64,000 nucleotides of DNA from Squalus acanthias (taxonomy: Eukaryota). The number at the start of each line of letters is the position of its first letter. Within the stretch, counting starts at the first letter, position 1. The translations under genes and the position numbers were made by a program. The notes below the pieces were generated by a model that did no database searches, was not told the DNA's origin, and was given only the letters and a program-made list of their open reading frames with translations. The stretch spans positions 48,610,001 to 48,674,000 of the forward strand of contig CM059432.1 in the NCBI GenBank assembly GCA_030390025.1, given 5' to 3'. This document shows positions 11,881 through 24,794 of this stretch, in pieces.

Positions 11881-13946
11881 CTTTCCATTCCTGACACAAT
11901 CTGCTTGATTTTACCCAAATAGCTACTCTGCTCTACAGCCTTGACTTTTCTCTCCAGACATAAATTTACCCTCCCACCCTCTTATTAGATTTTTAATCTA
12001 AAAGTCGGAAAAAGATAAGTGACATCTGGGTTTCAACATATCAACCAGCCATTACTTCCCCAAATGCTTCTTCAACAGGCTTTCCCTCCTTCCAACCTCT
12101 ACTCCTCTCGCAGTTCACAGAGGCACTCTCTCCCTTCCAATCTCCAGTTCATGTTGGTACTCTTCTCCCTTCCTCCACTCTTTTCCTAGAGCTTTAGTTC
12201 AACTGCACATTCATTCTCCCTCACCTCCACCCCCCACCATGCCAGTAAATGCTTACATTCTCCTTTGTCCCCCTGTCCAAGCTGCCAGTCCTCTCAATTT
12301 CACCCCCTCCCCATTTCAGCACGGCTTCTGTTTTTTCATTGGGGGCCAGAGGGAGGAAGAAGGAATCCTCAGATCAGTGCAAAATACAAACAAATAATTC
12401 TTTAGTGCTCTACTCCATCCCACCGCTCTTTCCCATATCTAATTTTGTTGCTTAGTAGCAACAGATTATTTGTACTTCTTTAAACAATTTGAAAATGCAT
12501 TGAGCAATATTCAAATATAACTTTTTTGTTGTGTGCATTTTATTCTCATTCATAAAGTTATTAAAATTTCATATTTTATAAATAGTTTTGCAGGTTGGAG
12601 AGCAATATTCTAATTTGAAAATATAGATAATAAAGATGGATAGATTTCATTTAGAATAGAATATGAAATACAGTATTAAAGTTCATATGAGTTCCAAATC
12701 TTGCCTGCAATTTGCAAGAATGACCTCTTATATCCACCATCCTTACACCCCTGGCTTTAAGCATTATGATAATCCATCAGTTCAATTCTCATAACAATTT
12801 TTTCCTTTGCACAATAGTCAGATTACATTATTAATGTCACCTGGTAGCATTTCAAGTGCTTATTCTAGCCTAGGGATATTTTTTATGTAGAAATTATGCC
12901 TTTGTCAGTGAGAATTTTTAAAGCAGTTCTTCTACCTGCAATATAATTGAATGCATTCCATATGCCTACAGTCCTTTATAAAAGGCTTCTCCAATCTGAG
13001 ACGCATTGGGGAGCAATCCACATTGGAATGCATTTGCCAAATTCTCTGGCCGGGATTTTCCTTACCTTGGCGGTGCCGGGGCGGGCGATGTCAGTGGCGG
13101 GTCACGGCCCTGCTGCTGGCTCCATCCCGCTGTCTAAAATGAATTTACGCTGATAGGGCTTGTTAAGCCCACCCAGCGCGTTTATGGCCCAATTAGAGGA
13201 AGTGTGTCTGGTGATGTGATTCATGCTGCATCATCAGCCGGATTCCTTAAAGGGACCATGGCCAACTTTCTTTTAACATTTGTGCTGTCAGTGTGCTACA
13301 GCATTGAAGTGCTGCAAACACTGACAATGACTGCACAGAGGTGCAGGGCTGCACCCAGGTTCTCCCATGACTCCCCCATATGCTTATGAAGGGAGTCAGA
13401 GCAAGTAGGGAGGTCTTCTTCCCTTCCCATGGGCAGAAGACACCTCCCCAGGAGACCAACACAGCCTGGTTGCACATTGCAGAGGAGGGCACAAGCAGGG
13501 ATGTTGTCAGGAGGACCAGGCTGCAGTGGCACAAACCTTTCAATTATCTCATTAGATCAGGAAACGTTAGTACAAAGCCACACTCATCTTCATCCTGCTG
13601 TGCCTCTCATCACATCCCCATCACTCTGCCTTCCCTACCCTACTCCTGCACATCCTTACTCACACCAACTTACCTTGCACCTCCATCCATCCCTCTCCCT
13701 CTATCTACATTATCACATCCTCATCTCACTAGCCACCTCTCACACTCACCCTCATCCTAGTGCAATCATACCAACTAACAACACACAAGAGTAGGCACTT
13801 GGGTGTTTTATCCAATGTTCATGTAAAGTTTCTGTTAATGTGGTGTCAAACATTGAAACCTTTATTTTCAACACTCTGTTCTTGGACAGATTTGTGTGCA
13901 CCTTTGGAAGTGGCTTAGTGATTTGCAGTGAATGGTGAGACATAAT

Positions 13947-14774
13947 GGGCTGGATTTTCTCAATGGAGATGTGCTGGAGACGGGACCTCTGGTTTCCGGG
14001 TTTCAGTCCCGCCTCCAGTGACGTCTGACCAACCCACGCTATTTTCCCTTGATAGGCCTTGTTAAGCCCGCCCTCTGGGCTTACTGGCCAATTAAGGGAA
14101 AGCCGGTGTCAGATGATGTATGACGCTTCATCTGTCGAAAAAATTTTGACAGATGAATTGTCAGCACTTGACAGCTTTGAGAAGCTGTCAAACACTGACA
14201 ATCACTGTTCTAAGGTGAGCCCTTGAACACAGGCGCACCAAGACCTCTCTCCTCAGCAGAAAGCAGATGGCTGCTGGATCTGAGAATGTAGCAGACATTC
14301 TGTCATCTCTACCGTTGAGATGAGGCACCTCCGGATCCTCAAAGGTTGAAGCCTGCAGAAAGAAGCAAAGGTAAGGAAACATTTTTCCAACACTTTACAC
14401 TCACCTCTCATACTTACCTGTCCACACTTGCACCCATCACTTACCTCTATAGCTGACACTTCGACCCCTCTCACCCCCGCAGACCCACTGCTCGCCTCAC
14501 TGGCCCTGGCGAGGTTCGCAGCCGTCGGGAAGCCTGTAATTGCAGGCGTAAAAAGGGGAAAAGCCTCAAAACTACCTGTTACCTACCTGTTAACAGGCAG
14601 TTAATTGGCTCTAATCCCCTGCCCGCCTTGAGGAGACGGGTCCCTGCACGACTCGGGGACCCGCCTCCCGGGAAGATGGCACAGAGGTGGGTTGGGAGCA
14701 GGGTTGGTACCCACTCCCAGTTTCTGCCATTTTCCTGGCAGACCCGCCTCCCCAGGGCTGGGAAAATTCCCCCC
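13947..14774. mobile_element. Harbinger-type MITE, family A, copy 2 (nested)
   Basis: Same termini as 1338-2105; TSD AAT; empty site visible in the paralog near 25660-25670. Confidence 0.9.
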
Positions 14775-15162
14775 AATGGTATCCCCACAATGGTGGTGAG
14801 TGTGAAAGGAATGGCTTGGACATTGTAGGGATGCTTTATTGTGTTGGTGTGGGGTGGTGCCAACCTGGCGTATCATGTGGCAGCCAGACTATACAGTGTA
14901 AAGTGAAGTAAATCTGGCCATGGTGAGGCCATCCCTGGCCTCCCGGGCAGCAATGTGCTTGTGTGCTGATGCCCTCTGTCCTGTGCAGCACCAGGTGATT
15001 GCGGAAAAGGTGGATGTTGTTGTTGGTGCTGCTGGTGTTGGGGCTGATCGTGGTCGGATACTGAGGACCAAGGTGAGACAGTATAAAGGGCACCCATGTT
15101 GATGGAATAGACAGGTGAAGTACAGATGACAGAAGCATTCTGTCAGTGGTGAGAGAGTTTTT

Positions 15163-15781
15163 CATAGAAACATAGAAAAATAGGAGCAGGAGTAGGCCAT
15201 TCGGCCCTTCGAGCCTGCTCCGCCATTCAATATTACCATGACTGATTCTCTATCTCAATGCCATATTCCCGCTCTCTCCCCATACCCCTTGATGCCTTTT
15301 GTGTCTAGAAATCTATCTATTTCCTTCTTAAATATATTCAGTGACTTGGCCTCCACAGCCTTCTGTGGTAGAGAATTCCACAGGTTCACCACCCTCTGAG
15401 TGAAGAAATTTCTCCTCAACTCAATCTTAAATGTCCTACCCCGCATCCTGAGACTGTGACCCTCGTTCTAGACCCCCCAGCCAGGGGAAACATCCTCCCT
15501 GCATCCAGTCTGTCTAGCCCTGTCAGAATTTTATACGTTTCAATGAGATCCCCTCTCATTCTTCTAAACTCTAGTGAATACAGGCCTAGTCGACCCAATC
15601 TCTCCTCTTACGACAGTCCTGCCATCCCAGGAATCAGTCTGGTGAACCCTCGCTGCACTCCCTCTATGGAAAGTATATCCTTTCTTAGGTAAGGAGACCA
15701 AAACTGCACACAATACTCCAGGTGTGGTCTCACCAAGGCCCTGTATAACTGTAGTAAGACATCCTTGCTCCTGTACTCATA
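15163..15781 (-). mobile_element. CR1 3' fragment nested in the Harbinger derivative
   Basis: [30 protein letters not shown] and tail repeat; absent from the paralog 24795-26543. Confidence 0.9.
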
Positions 15782-17689
15782 TTTTCCAATGAGGTAAGAG
15801 TGAATGGAGAGTGGAAAGTAGAAAGCCTGCAGAATCTGTGCTGGATATGGACTGAGAAACAACTTGTGGCTGAGGAAAGTGATAATCTGTCAGGTGGGAG
15901 CTTTTACTGTACATTTGAAGCTGTCAAGTAATCAGCTGGAGCAATGGCCATTGAACCCCCACCTCAGGTTGACAGCCATGGTCCCTGAACGGCATGGTTC
16001 CCATGGCCATTAAGTTAAAGTGAAAAGGTAAGTTAAAAAAGCCTGTTAATGATCTGTCAACTAGACGTTAATGAGATTAATTGGGACGCCCGCCGTTGCG
16101 TGTCGGGTCTGCTCAGCGCTGACAGACCCGACATTGGGAAAGGCGCTTTGCGGCGGATTGACAGCGGGGTCCTGACCCGCCATCAAAAAAATTAAATTTT
16201 CCACCCGACCCGCCACCGATCCCGGAAAATTCCGGCCTCTGTTTTTCCCATTGTGAGAAGAACCACTCCTCCAAGGCCGATGATGGCCAGAGCTAACATT
16301 TTTAGCACTACGAATATAATCTGTACTCTTGTGGCCCACTTCACGCTCAGGCAGTTCAAGATACCCAGGACCAGAATAGCAACCAAAGCTACAGTCTTCT
16401 TGATTCAGGTGGTGCACAGCCAGAGTAGAACGGTTGGACAACATATTCAGCAAAAAGTCAGTGCTTTGGCAGCAGAAGCTGCTGGTCTGATAAAGATGAT
16501 CGTAATCCACGGGAGAAGGAAAGCAAGGATTGAGCCCAGTGGCCTCTTCACATAAAGATATTCTCCTCCAGCTGATGGCAAGGCAGCTCCTAATTCAGCA
16601 TAACACAGGGCACCCAATGTGCAGAGGATCCCACACCATAACCATACCATCAGTGCTACTCCAATATTAAGCTGGGAATACCTCAGCATCCCTCCTGGAG
16701 AGACAAAGATTACAGATCCTATTATTCTACCTACTATAAAATTAACCCCATTAAACTATCCAATTGTCCGCTTAAGGTGTACACCTCCATCGTTTTGTTT
16801 TCACTTTCCTTTGCTTGACTGTCATTCACTTCCATATCTTGATATTTATTATTTGTCTCTATTAATCAGATCTAACATCCACCAGCTACGTACATGTACT
16901 CAGCTGGTGTAGCAGGTTGAACTGATCAAGGTTAAATTGCACCATATTTGTGCTACTGTACCTTTTAATTCTGTGTACTTTGCCCCATTTTGTTAATATT
17001 TTATAAAGTAACAGTAAATGAACCTAGCTCAATTAATATCCAGTCTAAATGTTTGAGATAAGGGAGATAGGCAATGAAGCAGGGATATGGAAGTTTTTTT
17101 TCCTCACACAGAATACTTTAGAATCCAGGAATGGGTTTATTTCATGGGAAGAAAAACTCTTGTGATTAATGTAATCACATTTTTTTGCTTTCTTTGGAAA
17201 CTATTTTTCTTCATTCAGTGTAGTTTTCAATCTCAAACAGAGAGATTTGAACCAGAGGATGGAAATAAACCTAATGTAGAAGTTAAAAATGTTTACAATG
17301 GTTAGAAAAAAATTGAGGGTAAGGATAGTGTTAGAATTTCTCATAAGGGTAGGTTTGAAAATAATGGAAAGAATGGACTTTGAATGAGGTTAATTTTGGC
17401 GGAAATCTATGACAAAATGGAAATAAAATTATGTTTTTTATTTTCTTCAAGGAAGGCATTGATTCCTTGCAAGGGTACTTTCAGATGTCTGCACAAAGGT
17501 GAGGGTATGGAATAATTTAAACAAGTAAAACATTCACCAGGAAAAGGGAGGACAACGATTAAGTTGATATTAAACTATCGTGAAGTGAAGGTAATGCACA
17601 GAGTTATCTTATATCTAATTGTGAGCTTGTGGAAAATGTTGATGTATGGGAGTACTTCAGCTCTAGTGGGAGTAAGAGAACTATAGGAC

Positions 17690-18025
17690 CAAAGAAGTTT
17701 ACAGCACAGAAGGAGGCCATTCAGCCCATTGTATCTGTGCTAGCACTTTGCTAGAGCGATCCTATACTAATTTCACTGCCCAGCTCTCTCCCAATTGCCC
17801 TGTATCTTTCTCTGCTTCAAAAATGTATCCAGTTGTCTTAAAAGATGCAACAGTCTCTGTCTCAACCATTCCCCATGGCAAAGCATTCCATCCTCCAACA
17901 ACCCTCTGTGTAAAGAAATTTTTCCTAACCTCCCTCTTCATTCTCTTAGTGGTAACTTTAAATGAATGACCTTTCATCATTGACTGCCCAACCAAAGGAA
18001 ATAGTCTTTCCCTATTCACTCTAAC
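17690..18025 (-). mobile_element. Old CR1 3' fragment
   Basis: RKNFFTQRVVGGWNALP. Confidence 0.75.
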
Positions 18026-21000
18026 GGCATAACATACTGGGGTGTGGGTAGATGCCAGTAATAATAAAGTGAAAGACCAGATTCCAGAAGGAAACTTCAT
18101 TGAACCTAAGAGGGTTGAATTGTGGAGGTTAAATGAGGAAATAATAGCGGAGGTGAAAAACACTAAACAAAAATGGCTATTTTCAGGAGAGATTAATATC
18201 AAAATCTGAACCTAAATGGTTACAAAGGCAGGTTAAAAAAGCACAAAGGAAATTAGAAATGTTTTAAACAATTCAAAATGAAATGGCAATGAATGAAAAA
18301 TGGAAAATACTTACATCTAAGGCCAAAGCTGTTAAAATGATAATTGGAGATAAAATGAGAAATTAAACATTATAGGACATTAGGGGAAATGAAAAAATTT
18401 CTTGTGTGGTATCATGGGGTATCATCGGAGGATCCAGATCAGAGAGATGAGCTAGCCACATAAAAATGTTTTCAACTATAGAATACATTTTCAGTATTCC
18501 CGTTATGGTAATTGTAAGCATGGGGATTTATACAAATTCAGAGAAAAAAATAGCGATCAATAATGCTGATTTAAAAAGTTCTTGAATTTTCATAAGGCAT
18601 CAGTAATTCATGGAATCCATCCAGGAATATTTAAGAAAATGAGGGTAGAAATAGGAACAGCTGTGCCAGATATATTTTGCAGCTCAATAAGTACAGGATT
18701 AGTCCCCAAAGATTAGTTGCTACTCTTCTGACTTTTAAACATCAGAATTATGATTATGGGAATTGTAGACCTGTTAACTTGACATCTACAGAGAGGAAAA
18801 TATCACTATGGATGAAGCAATTCAAGATCATTTAACTCAATAGGCACTCTGAAATTTTCTTTCTAAACCCATGCAACCTACTGTATTTCATCCCATATTC
18901 AAAAGCCTCTTCAAAACCTACCCCTTTGAACAGTCACTTCCCCTAGCCTTCTCTTTATTCCTACTTGGTGTTTGATTGTCTCCTTTGTGAAGCACCTTGG
19001 GCTGTTGCACTATGTTAAAGGCATTATATATGTCTAATTTGTTGATAATTTCGAGCCAACCAGGATAATGAAAAGGAGGTATAATAAACGTATTGGAATT
19101 CTTTGAGGATTTATCAGAATTACTGGTTGCTAGTGCTGCATTAGGGTTAGAGTACACTTGACACAGTACTCAAGGTGAGGTCGAATCAGAGAACTGTACT
19201 GTTTTAGCATGAATTCCTTGGTTTGTATTCTATTGTTTTGACTATAAAGTTCAGTGTTCTGTTTGCTTTGTTGATTACTGCTTCACGGCGAGTGGGCATA
19301 TTAAGCAGCAAGTACACTAATACCCTCTAGATATAGTCACCGTATTTATGAAAACATTAGAGGCAGTGCTAAGGGATTGTTCCCTATGGGAAGAGAGTTG
19401 GACTCAATGGCCCAGAATTTGCGGTCAGCAGCGAAGCACAATCCCTGTGTCGAGAACTTTGGGATTTCCGACCTACAATTGAATTCAATGGAACTTAATG
19501 GGGAGCCGCTTGTTTGAACTGCTGTGATGTCAACAGGCTGACTAAGCAGCCAATCAAAAGGCAGAATTCTCACAGACAGCGAACAAAGAAGTGAGTAAGC
19601 CCTTAAAATTCTAAGGCCTAGAAATTCGTGGCCGCCACGGGAGTTGCCGGTGTCACCGCGGCCTCAGGTTAACAGCCGCTGAAAATGGTCGCTGCGGCAG
19701 AAGAGAAAAATTTGCACCGGGGAATAACATTTTTTAGCCCAGCATTAACGCACCGTGTAACACCTTCCTGGTGGTGTTAGTGCAGGCATCGGTAGCGAAG
19801 TTGGTGTCCTGAAGCAGTGCTCCATCTTCCAACAGCCTCTGGAAGTGAGGCAATGAGTTCGCTAGGCATTGTGGGACATTAAAGGGCAATGCATTAAAAT
19901 ACAAATGTCTTCTGAAATAAATAAAAATAAAAATGAATAAAAAATGCAGTTTTCAGCCCTTACTGCCCTTTTAAAAAAGAAATAACATTAAAAAGAAGTC
20001 CCAAATGGGAGTCTTCAGCTATTAAAGCTGAATTCCATTCCACACCTCAAAAAATGGGAAAAGTGCTTCAGCACTAAAACAAATGGCTCAGCAAGCCAGT
20101 GAAGGGGCACCCAGGGTCTCGCACGCAGCACTCCAGCTTTTTGCAGGGGGTCAACACTGCAAGAGAGGTCCTCTACCCATAGGGGCCAGGAGGCCCTCCA
20201 GAAAGAAGGATGTGGGACCAGATTACTGAGGCCGTCACTGCCAGCAGTGTCACCCCCACGACCTGGCTCCAGTGCCCAAAGAAGTTTCATGACCTCAGGC
20301 CAGTGGTCAAGGTCAGTGAATGCATCTTCAAAAGCCGTCTCCTACCAACTGCATCACTAGCCTCACACACTTCTCAATGCACAACTCTCCTCCACCGCCC
20401 CCACCACCCCAAATCACTCACCTACTAGCAATCTGTACCAATCATGAGGCACACCTCCAATTCCTAGCCTCACCTCACCCCCTTGGAGGAGATGGTGTAG
20501 GCCATTCTTGGCCCGGGCATGGCTGAGCCATTGGCCAGCGGTGGGACAGAAAGGATACAAGATTCTGGTACCCTCATAAGTTATCCTCCTTCTCGCATGC
20601 ACCTCTTGCCATCCCGCCCTCTAATCACACTCCACCTTCATGCCTTCCTTGCTAGGAGGAATATCAACGTTGACATGGATCCTCATGGCCCCACTGATGT
20701 GCAGCCAGGTGCTCTCCAGCTACTTGCTAGCAGAGAAGTGTGGGTGACTCATGAGAGGGATGATGGTGGGAGGGCACATGCAAGTGGGGGCTCCTCTCCA
20801 AGTATTCACACTTCAAGCCCCTTGCCTACCCCTCAGTCAGAGCCCCAGATGCCTCCACGGACAGCGATGGCCGAGTCTGCCACTGCCCACACAGGCTCCA
20901 AAACCCAGAGGACAACCGCCAAAGGCGTCTAAGCAGATGCAGCAGGGAAGTGAGCAGGCTGCCTCTACCTCTGCTGAAGCCACAGGGGTTGCACCACGTA

Positions 21001-21309
21001 GAAGCACTCGGAAAAGAAAGATGCCACACAAATAGAGTCACAAGGGTAGTCACTTGGGTGTTTCTTTCAATGTTATTGACAAGTTTCTGTTGAAGTGATT
21101 TTGTCCATTAAATCTTTACATGCGTGAACTTTGTGGTTCTTCGCAAATGTGTGTTGACACTTGGAAGTGGCAGAGTGGATGGTATGGGCTATTTTAATCT
21201 CCATCAATGGTGGTGACATTGAAAAGATAGGACTGGTCATTGTAGGGATGGTTAATGGTGTTGATGTGGGCTGATGCCAATGTGGCAGCCACATGTCTGT
21301 TTTGCGAAC

Positions 21310-22575
21310 TTAACTAAATCTGGCCATGATGAGGTGATTCCTGGCCTCACGTGCAGCAATGTGGTCGTGTAATGGTGACATTGGTACCGGCGGCAGCTCA
21401 AGGTCTTCATGATCCTCGTGCTCAAACTCATGCTCCTCCTCCTCGTCCTCCTCCTCCGAAGTGGCTGTGCGCTCTGCACCTTCTTCCTCCTGCAGCGCTA
21501 ATCCTCGCTGCTGTGCTATGTTGTGCAGGGCGCAGCAGACCACAACGATTCTGGAGACCCTGGCTGGTGCGTACTGCAGGGCTCCTCCCTATCATTCCAG
21601 GCATCTAAGCGCGTTTTCAGCATGCCTATTGTTTGCTCTGTGACACTTGTGGTGGAGATGAGGCTTTAATTGTCATGTTCCTCAGTCTCGTTTGTTGTCC
21701 TCCTCAAAGGTGTCATCAGCCACGTCTTTAGTGGATAGCCCTTGTCACCAAGCAGCCTGTTTGGAGGTGTGGAGCCTGTAAGACTGTTTGGAGGTGTGAA
21801 GAGCTGAGGAACGGTGGATTGGCGCAGGATGTAGGCGTCATGGCAGCTCCCAGGGAACTTGGCGCACACATGGACAATGATCTTCCTATGGTTGCAGACA
21901 AGCTGCACATTGAGGGAGTGGAAGCCCTTGCGGTTGATAAACACTGCTGGGTTATGATGGGGTGCCCTGATGGCCACATGTGTGCAGTTGATTATGCTCT
22001 GCACCCGTGGGAATCCAGCCAGAGCCGCAAAGCCAACCGCGCGCTCAGCAGCACTGGCTTCATCAGTTGCAAAGTTTATATAATTTGCTGACTTGTCAAA
22101 TAGGGCATCGGTCACCTGCGTAATGCATCTGTGTGCAGCCGACTGCGAGATGTCGCAAATGTCTGCTGCAGATGCCTGGAAGGAGCCTGAGGTGAAGAAG
22201 TTGAGGGCAAGGGTGACTTTCACAGCAGCTGGTAAGGGGTGTCCACCCAATCTTCTGGGCTGCAGCTCTTGTTCCAGCAATCTGCAAATGTCCGCCACGG
22301 CCTGGCGCGATAGCCTAAGCCTCCGTTGGCACTGCTGCTCAGTCATGTTAAGGAAGCTCATCCTCTGCCTGTAAACCCTGTGCTGGGGGTAGCACCTCCG
22401 GCAAAAACCAGCCCTGTGCTGATGCCCTCTGCCCTGTGCAGCATCAGGTGGGTGAGGAGAAGGTTGGCGCTCTTGCTGTTGTTGTAGCTGCTGGGGTGCC
22501 TGGTTCTGCTAGTGTTGGGGCTCATCGTGGTCAGATTCTGAGGACCAAGGTGAGAGAGTGTAAAACGTATCCATT
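21310..22575 (-). pseudogene. Harbinger DDE transposase, frameshifted
   Basis: 231-aa ORF with [14 protein letters not shown] (first catalytic D replaced by N), [19 protein letters not shown]-terminal CCALHN in another frame. Confidence 0.9.
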
Positions 22576-22707
22576 CTGATGTAATAGATGGCAGGCGACG
22601 GAGAGATTATAGAGGCAAATCCGTCAATGGTGAGAGAGGTTGTTCCAATGAGGTGCCACTGGATAGAGAGTTGGCTCTAAACACTTGCAAGCTACAGAAA
22701 GCTCTAT

Positions 22708-23550
22708 GGGGGAAAAATTCAGTTGGTTGCGCTTCCCGTTAGCGTCTTAAGAGGGCGCTAATGGGGCGCAAAGCAACTAGCGCCCGGGCGCGGCGATGTT
22801 TGCGCCGCTTGCGAAATTAACTAGACATTTTGCGGTGGCGCTAAACACTACTGCCACGATCTCCTGCGCCGGCAGATCGTGACATTAGTCGAGTGCGTAG
22901 CGCCCCGGAGTGGATATTGAGTGGCACCCCCTAGCAACGACAGGTTGAGGGGAGCGTTTTGCAGTCAGGGACTGGGGGAGCGCTATTTAAAGGCTACCGC
23001 TTCCTGCCTTTTTTTGTTGGTGACATTTTTGAACCACACATTCTGAGAGAGAGAGAGAGAGAGAGACTTCTGGAGAGATTCAACGCTGTGTGAAGGAGTT
23101 TTGGGTACTGAGCAGCACTTTGCAGGTTCATTTTGATTTGCCCTTCCTTGTATTGATTTAGAAGAGACTGTGGGGGCTGCACTCTGAGCTCTTTCCCTGG
23201 TACTCTCCATTGTTCTTTCCAGTAGATTTGATGTACAGGTCTCTCCAGGCCGAGATTCAAGGCTGCAATGAGCAGGATGTGGATGGAAAGCAAGATCAAC
23301 CCTCCCCTTTAAGAATTGTTCCATTGCTGACTGACATCACATGAGCTTCGCCAGCACTCTGAGTTAGCGCCTCGCTTCTCGGCCTTTGCGCCTTAAGACA
23401 GATGTGTAGCGCCTGATTTAGCGCTCCAATCACCTCCAGCGGCGATAAAAGTCAAGTTTGCAGTCGGAGGCGATAATTAGCGCCAGGCGCTAATCCTTGC
23501 GCCCGGCTGATAATTGCGCCCCAAATGGGGCGATACTGAATTTCTCCCCC
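22708..23550. mobile_element. Harbinger-type MITE, family B, copy 1
   Basis: 16-bp TIR GGGGGAAAAATTCAGT / ACTGAATTTCTCCCCC; TSD TAT; highly similar to 43863-44757 in reverse. Confidence 0.92.
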
Positions 23551-23980
23551 TATATGTCTTACAAATGCAGTAACCAACAGTTTCTGAGCTCTGAGACTGA
23601 ACAGCTGCAACATGGTATCCTTTATACCACTTCTGCAGCTGTCAGATTATCAGATAAATTAAAGCAGACTCAACTCACGACAGGGTGAGCTGGCGTGTTC
23701 CCCGAGCAGTGGGTAACCCGTGGGGGAGCACGTAAAATTACAAATTAGGCTCAAAATAGCATTAAATTGGCTGTTAACAAGCCATTTAATGATATAAATT
23801 GTCTCCCCCGCCGCTTGGTGTCGGGTCAGACAAACCCGACACCTGGGAGACTCGCGTGGAGGCGGGTTGACAGTGGGTTTCCTACCCGCTGTCAATCTTT
23901 GCTATTTTGACAGCGGACCCGCCTCCAAACCCGCACTCGGAGCGCTGGCAAAATCCAGCCCTTTGTGTCTAACTTTCAGT

Positions 23981-24297
23981 GGGGAATTTAACAGCGTATT
24001 TACTGCGCAAGAGCTGAAATTTTCATCAGTTTCAATGATTTTCAAAATTTTGCTGATTGCCGGCTCCGTGGTGGGGGTGGTGGTGGGGGAGGGGGTGGTG
24101 GGGGTGGGGGTGGTGGGGGCGGGGTGGTGGTGAGGGGGGGATGGGGGAGATGGGCACAGTGCAGCCAGTTTCAGAGCTGTCTTTGACAGACTGCAACTTC
24201 GGGATTTCCGCATGTGCCTGCGCCAAATCCTGAGGTTGCAGTCAGTTTCAAAGGTGGAATGACGGCGAACCATCATCCCGACTGCAAATTCCAGCCT
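23981..24297. mobile_element. Small MITE-like element with G-rich core
   Basis: Ends GGGGAATTT...AAATTCCAGCC resemble the other Harbinger-type termini; no clear TSD. Confidence 0.4.
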
Positions 24298-24794
24298 ATT
24301 ATTTTGTCACTACACACAAATACACAATATAGGAGATTTTCCTGGATTTGCACACAGGCGCACTGGATCATGGGTGCAGTAAATATTGGAAAATTGTGTG
24401 TGTCTGTAAAGGAGTCGGTCCGATTTTCCACCCCTTGGTGTTGACCTTCTTTGTTTTCCCACTGGAGTCTGCTCTGCTTTACCAGCGCTTGTGTTTCCAT
24501 ATCGAACTGTCTTAAGCACCAGCCCCCATCCCCCGCCCACCACCTCAACTATTCACATATTCTCTGTCTCTCATGTATAATTTATTTCATTATGCCTCCT
24601 ATTATCTCATATTAATATAATTTCAGACATTTAACCAATTCCTGAGCACTTTACAGATCATTATATTTCTTCTCTCATTTGTGTTTGAGTGTTTGTGTTG
24701 TTTTCTCTCCCCCTTCCTTATGTTCTGGTCCTTTTTAAATACTATTCGTTTGTAATATCTTCAGTTCTGTTGAAGGTTCCCCACCTGAAACCTT

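Larger units (their letters stand above)
13048..16237. mobile_element. Internally deleted Harbinger element inserted in the SLC7 exon
   Basis: TIRs GGCCGGGATTTTCC / GGAAAATTCCGGCC; exact TSD TCT; Myb exon-1 remnant at ~13330-13570; colinear in reverse with 24795-26543. Confidence 0.9.
12936..16835 (-). pseudogene. First coding exon of an SLC7 heteromeric amino-acid transporter light chain (SLC7A13/SLC7A9/arpAT-like), disrupted
   Basis: LKRTIG*FNGVNFIVGRIIGSVIFVSPGG, GALCYAELGAALPSAGGEY, EYVVQPFYSGC, NCLSVKWATRVQ...GKTE, resuming after the insertion as NLANAF...EAFYKGL*AY...NAFNYIA, then a GT donor at 12935. Stops at 16756-16758 and 12966-12968, plus frameshifts. Confidence 0.9.
19615..23961. 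mobile_element. Harbinger transposon 2, apparently chimeric or deleted
   Basis: 19615-20650 matches 51966-52930; 20650-23961 matches element 1 in reverse, ending in GGCAAAATCCAGCCC. Confidence 0.75.

Noticed and set aside
12730..12900. Second SLC7 exon (KNIPR-like word on the minus strand)
   Set aside because: The frame closes at once and no transmembrane sequence follows.
22983..23324. Captured host gene fragment in MITE family B (113-aa ORF)
   Set aside because: No recognisable domain; MESTRERAQSAAP resembles the start of the element's own Myb gene.
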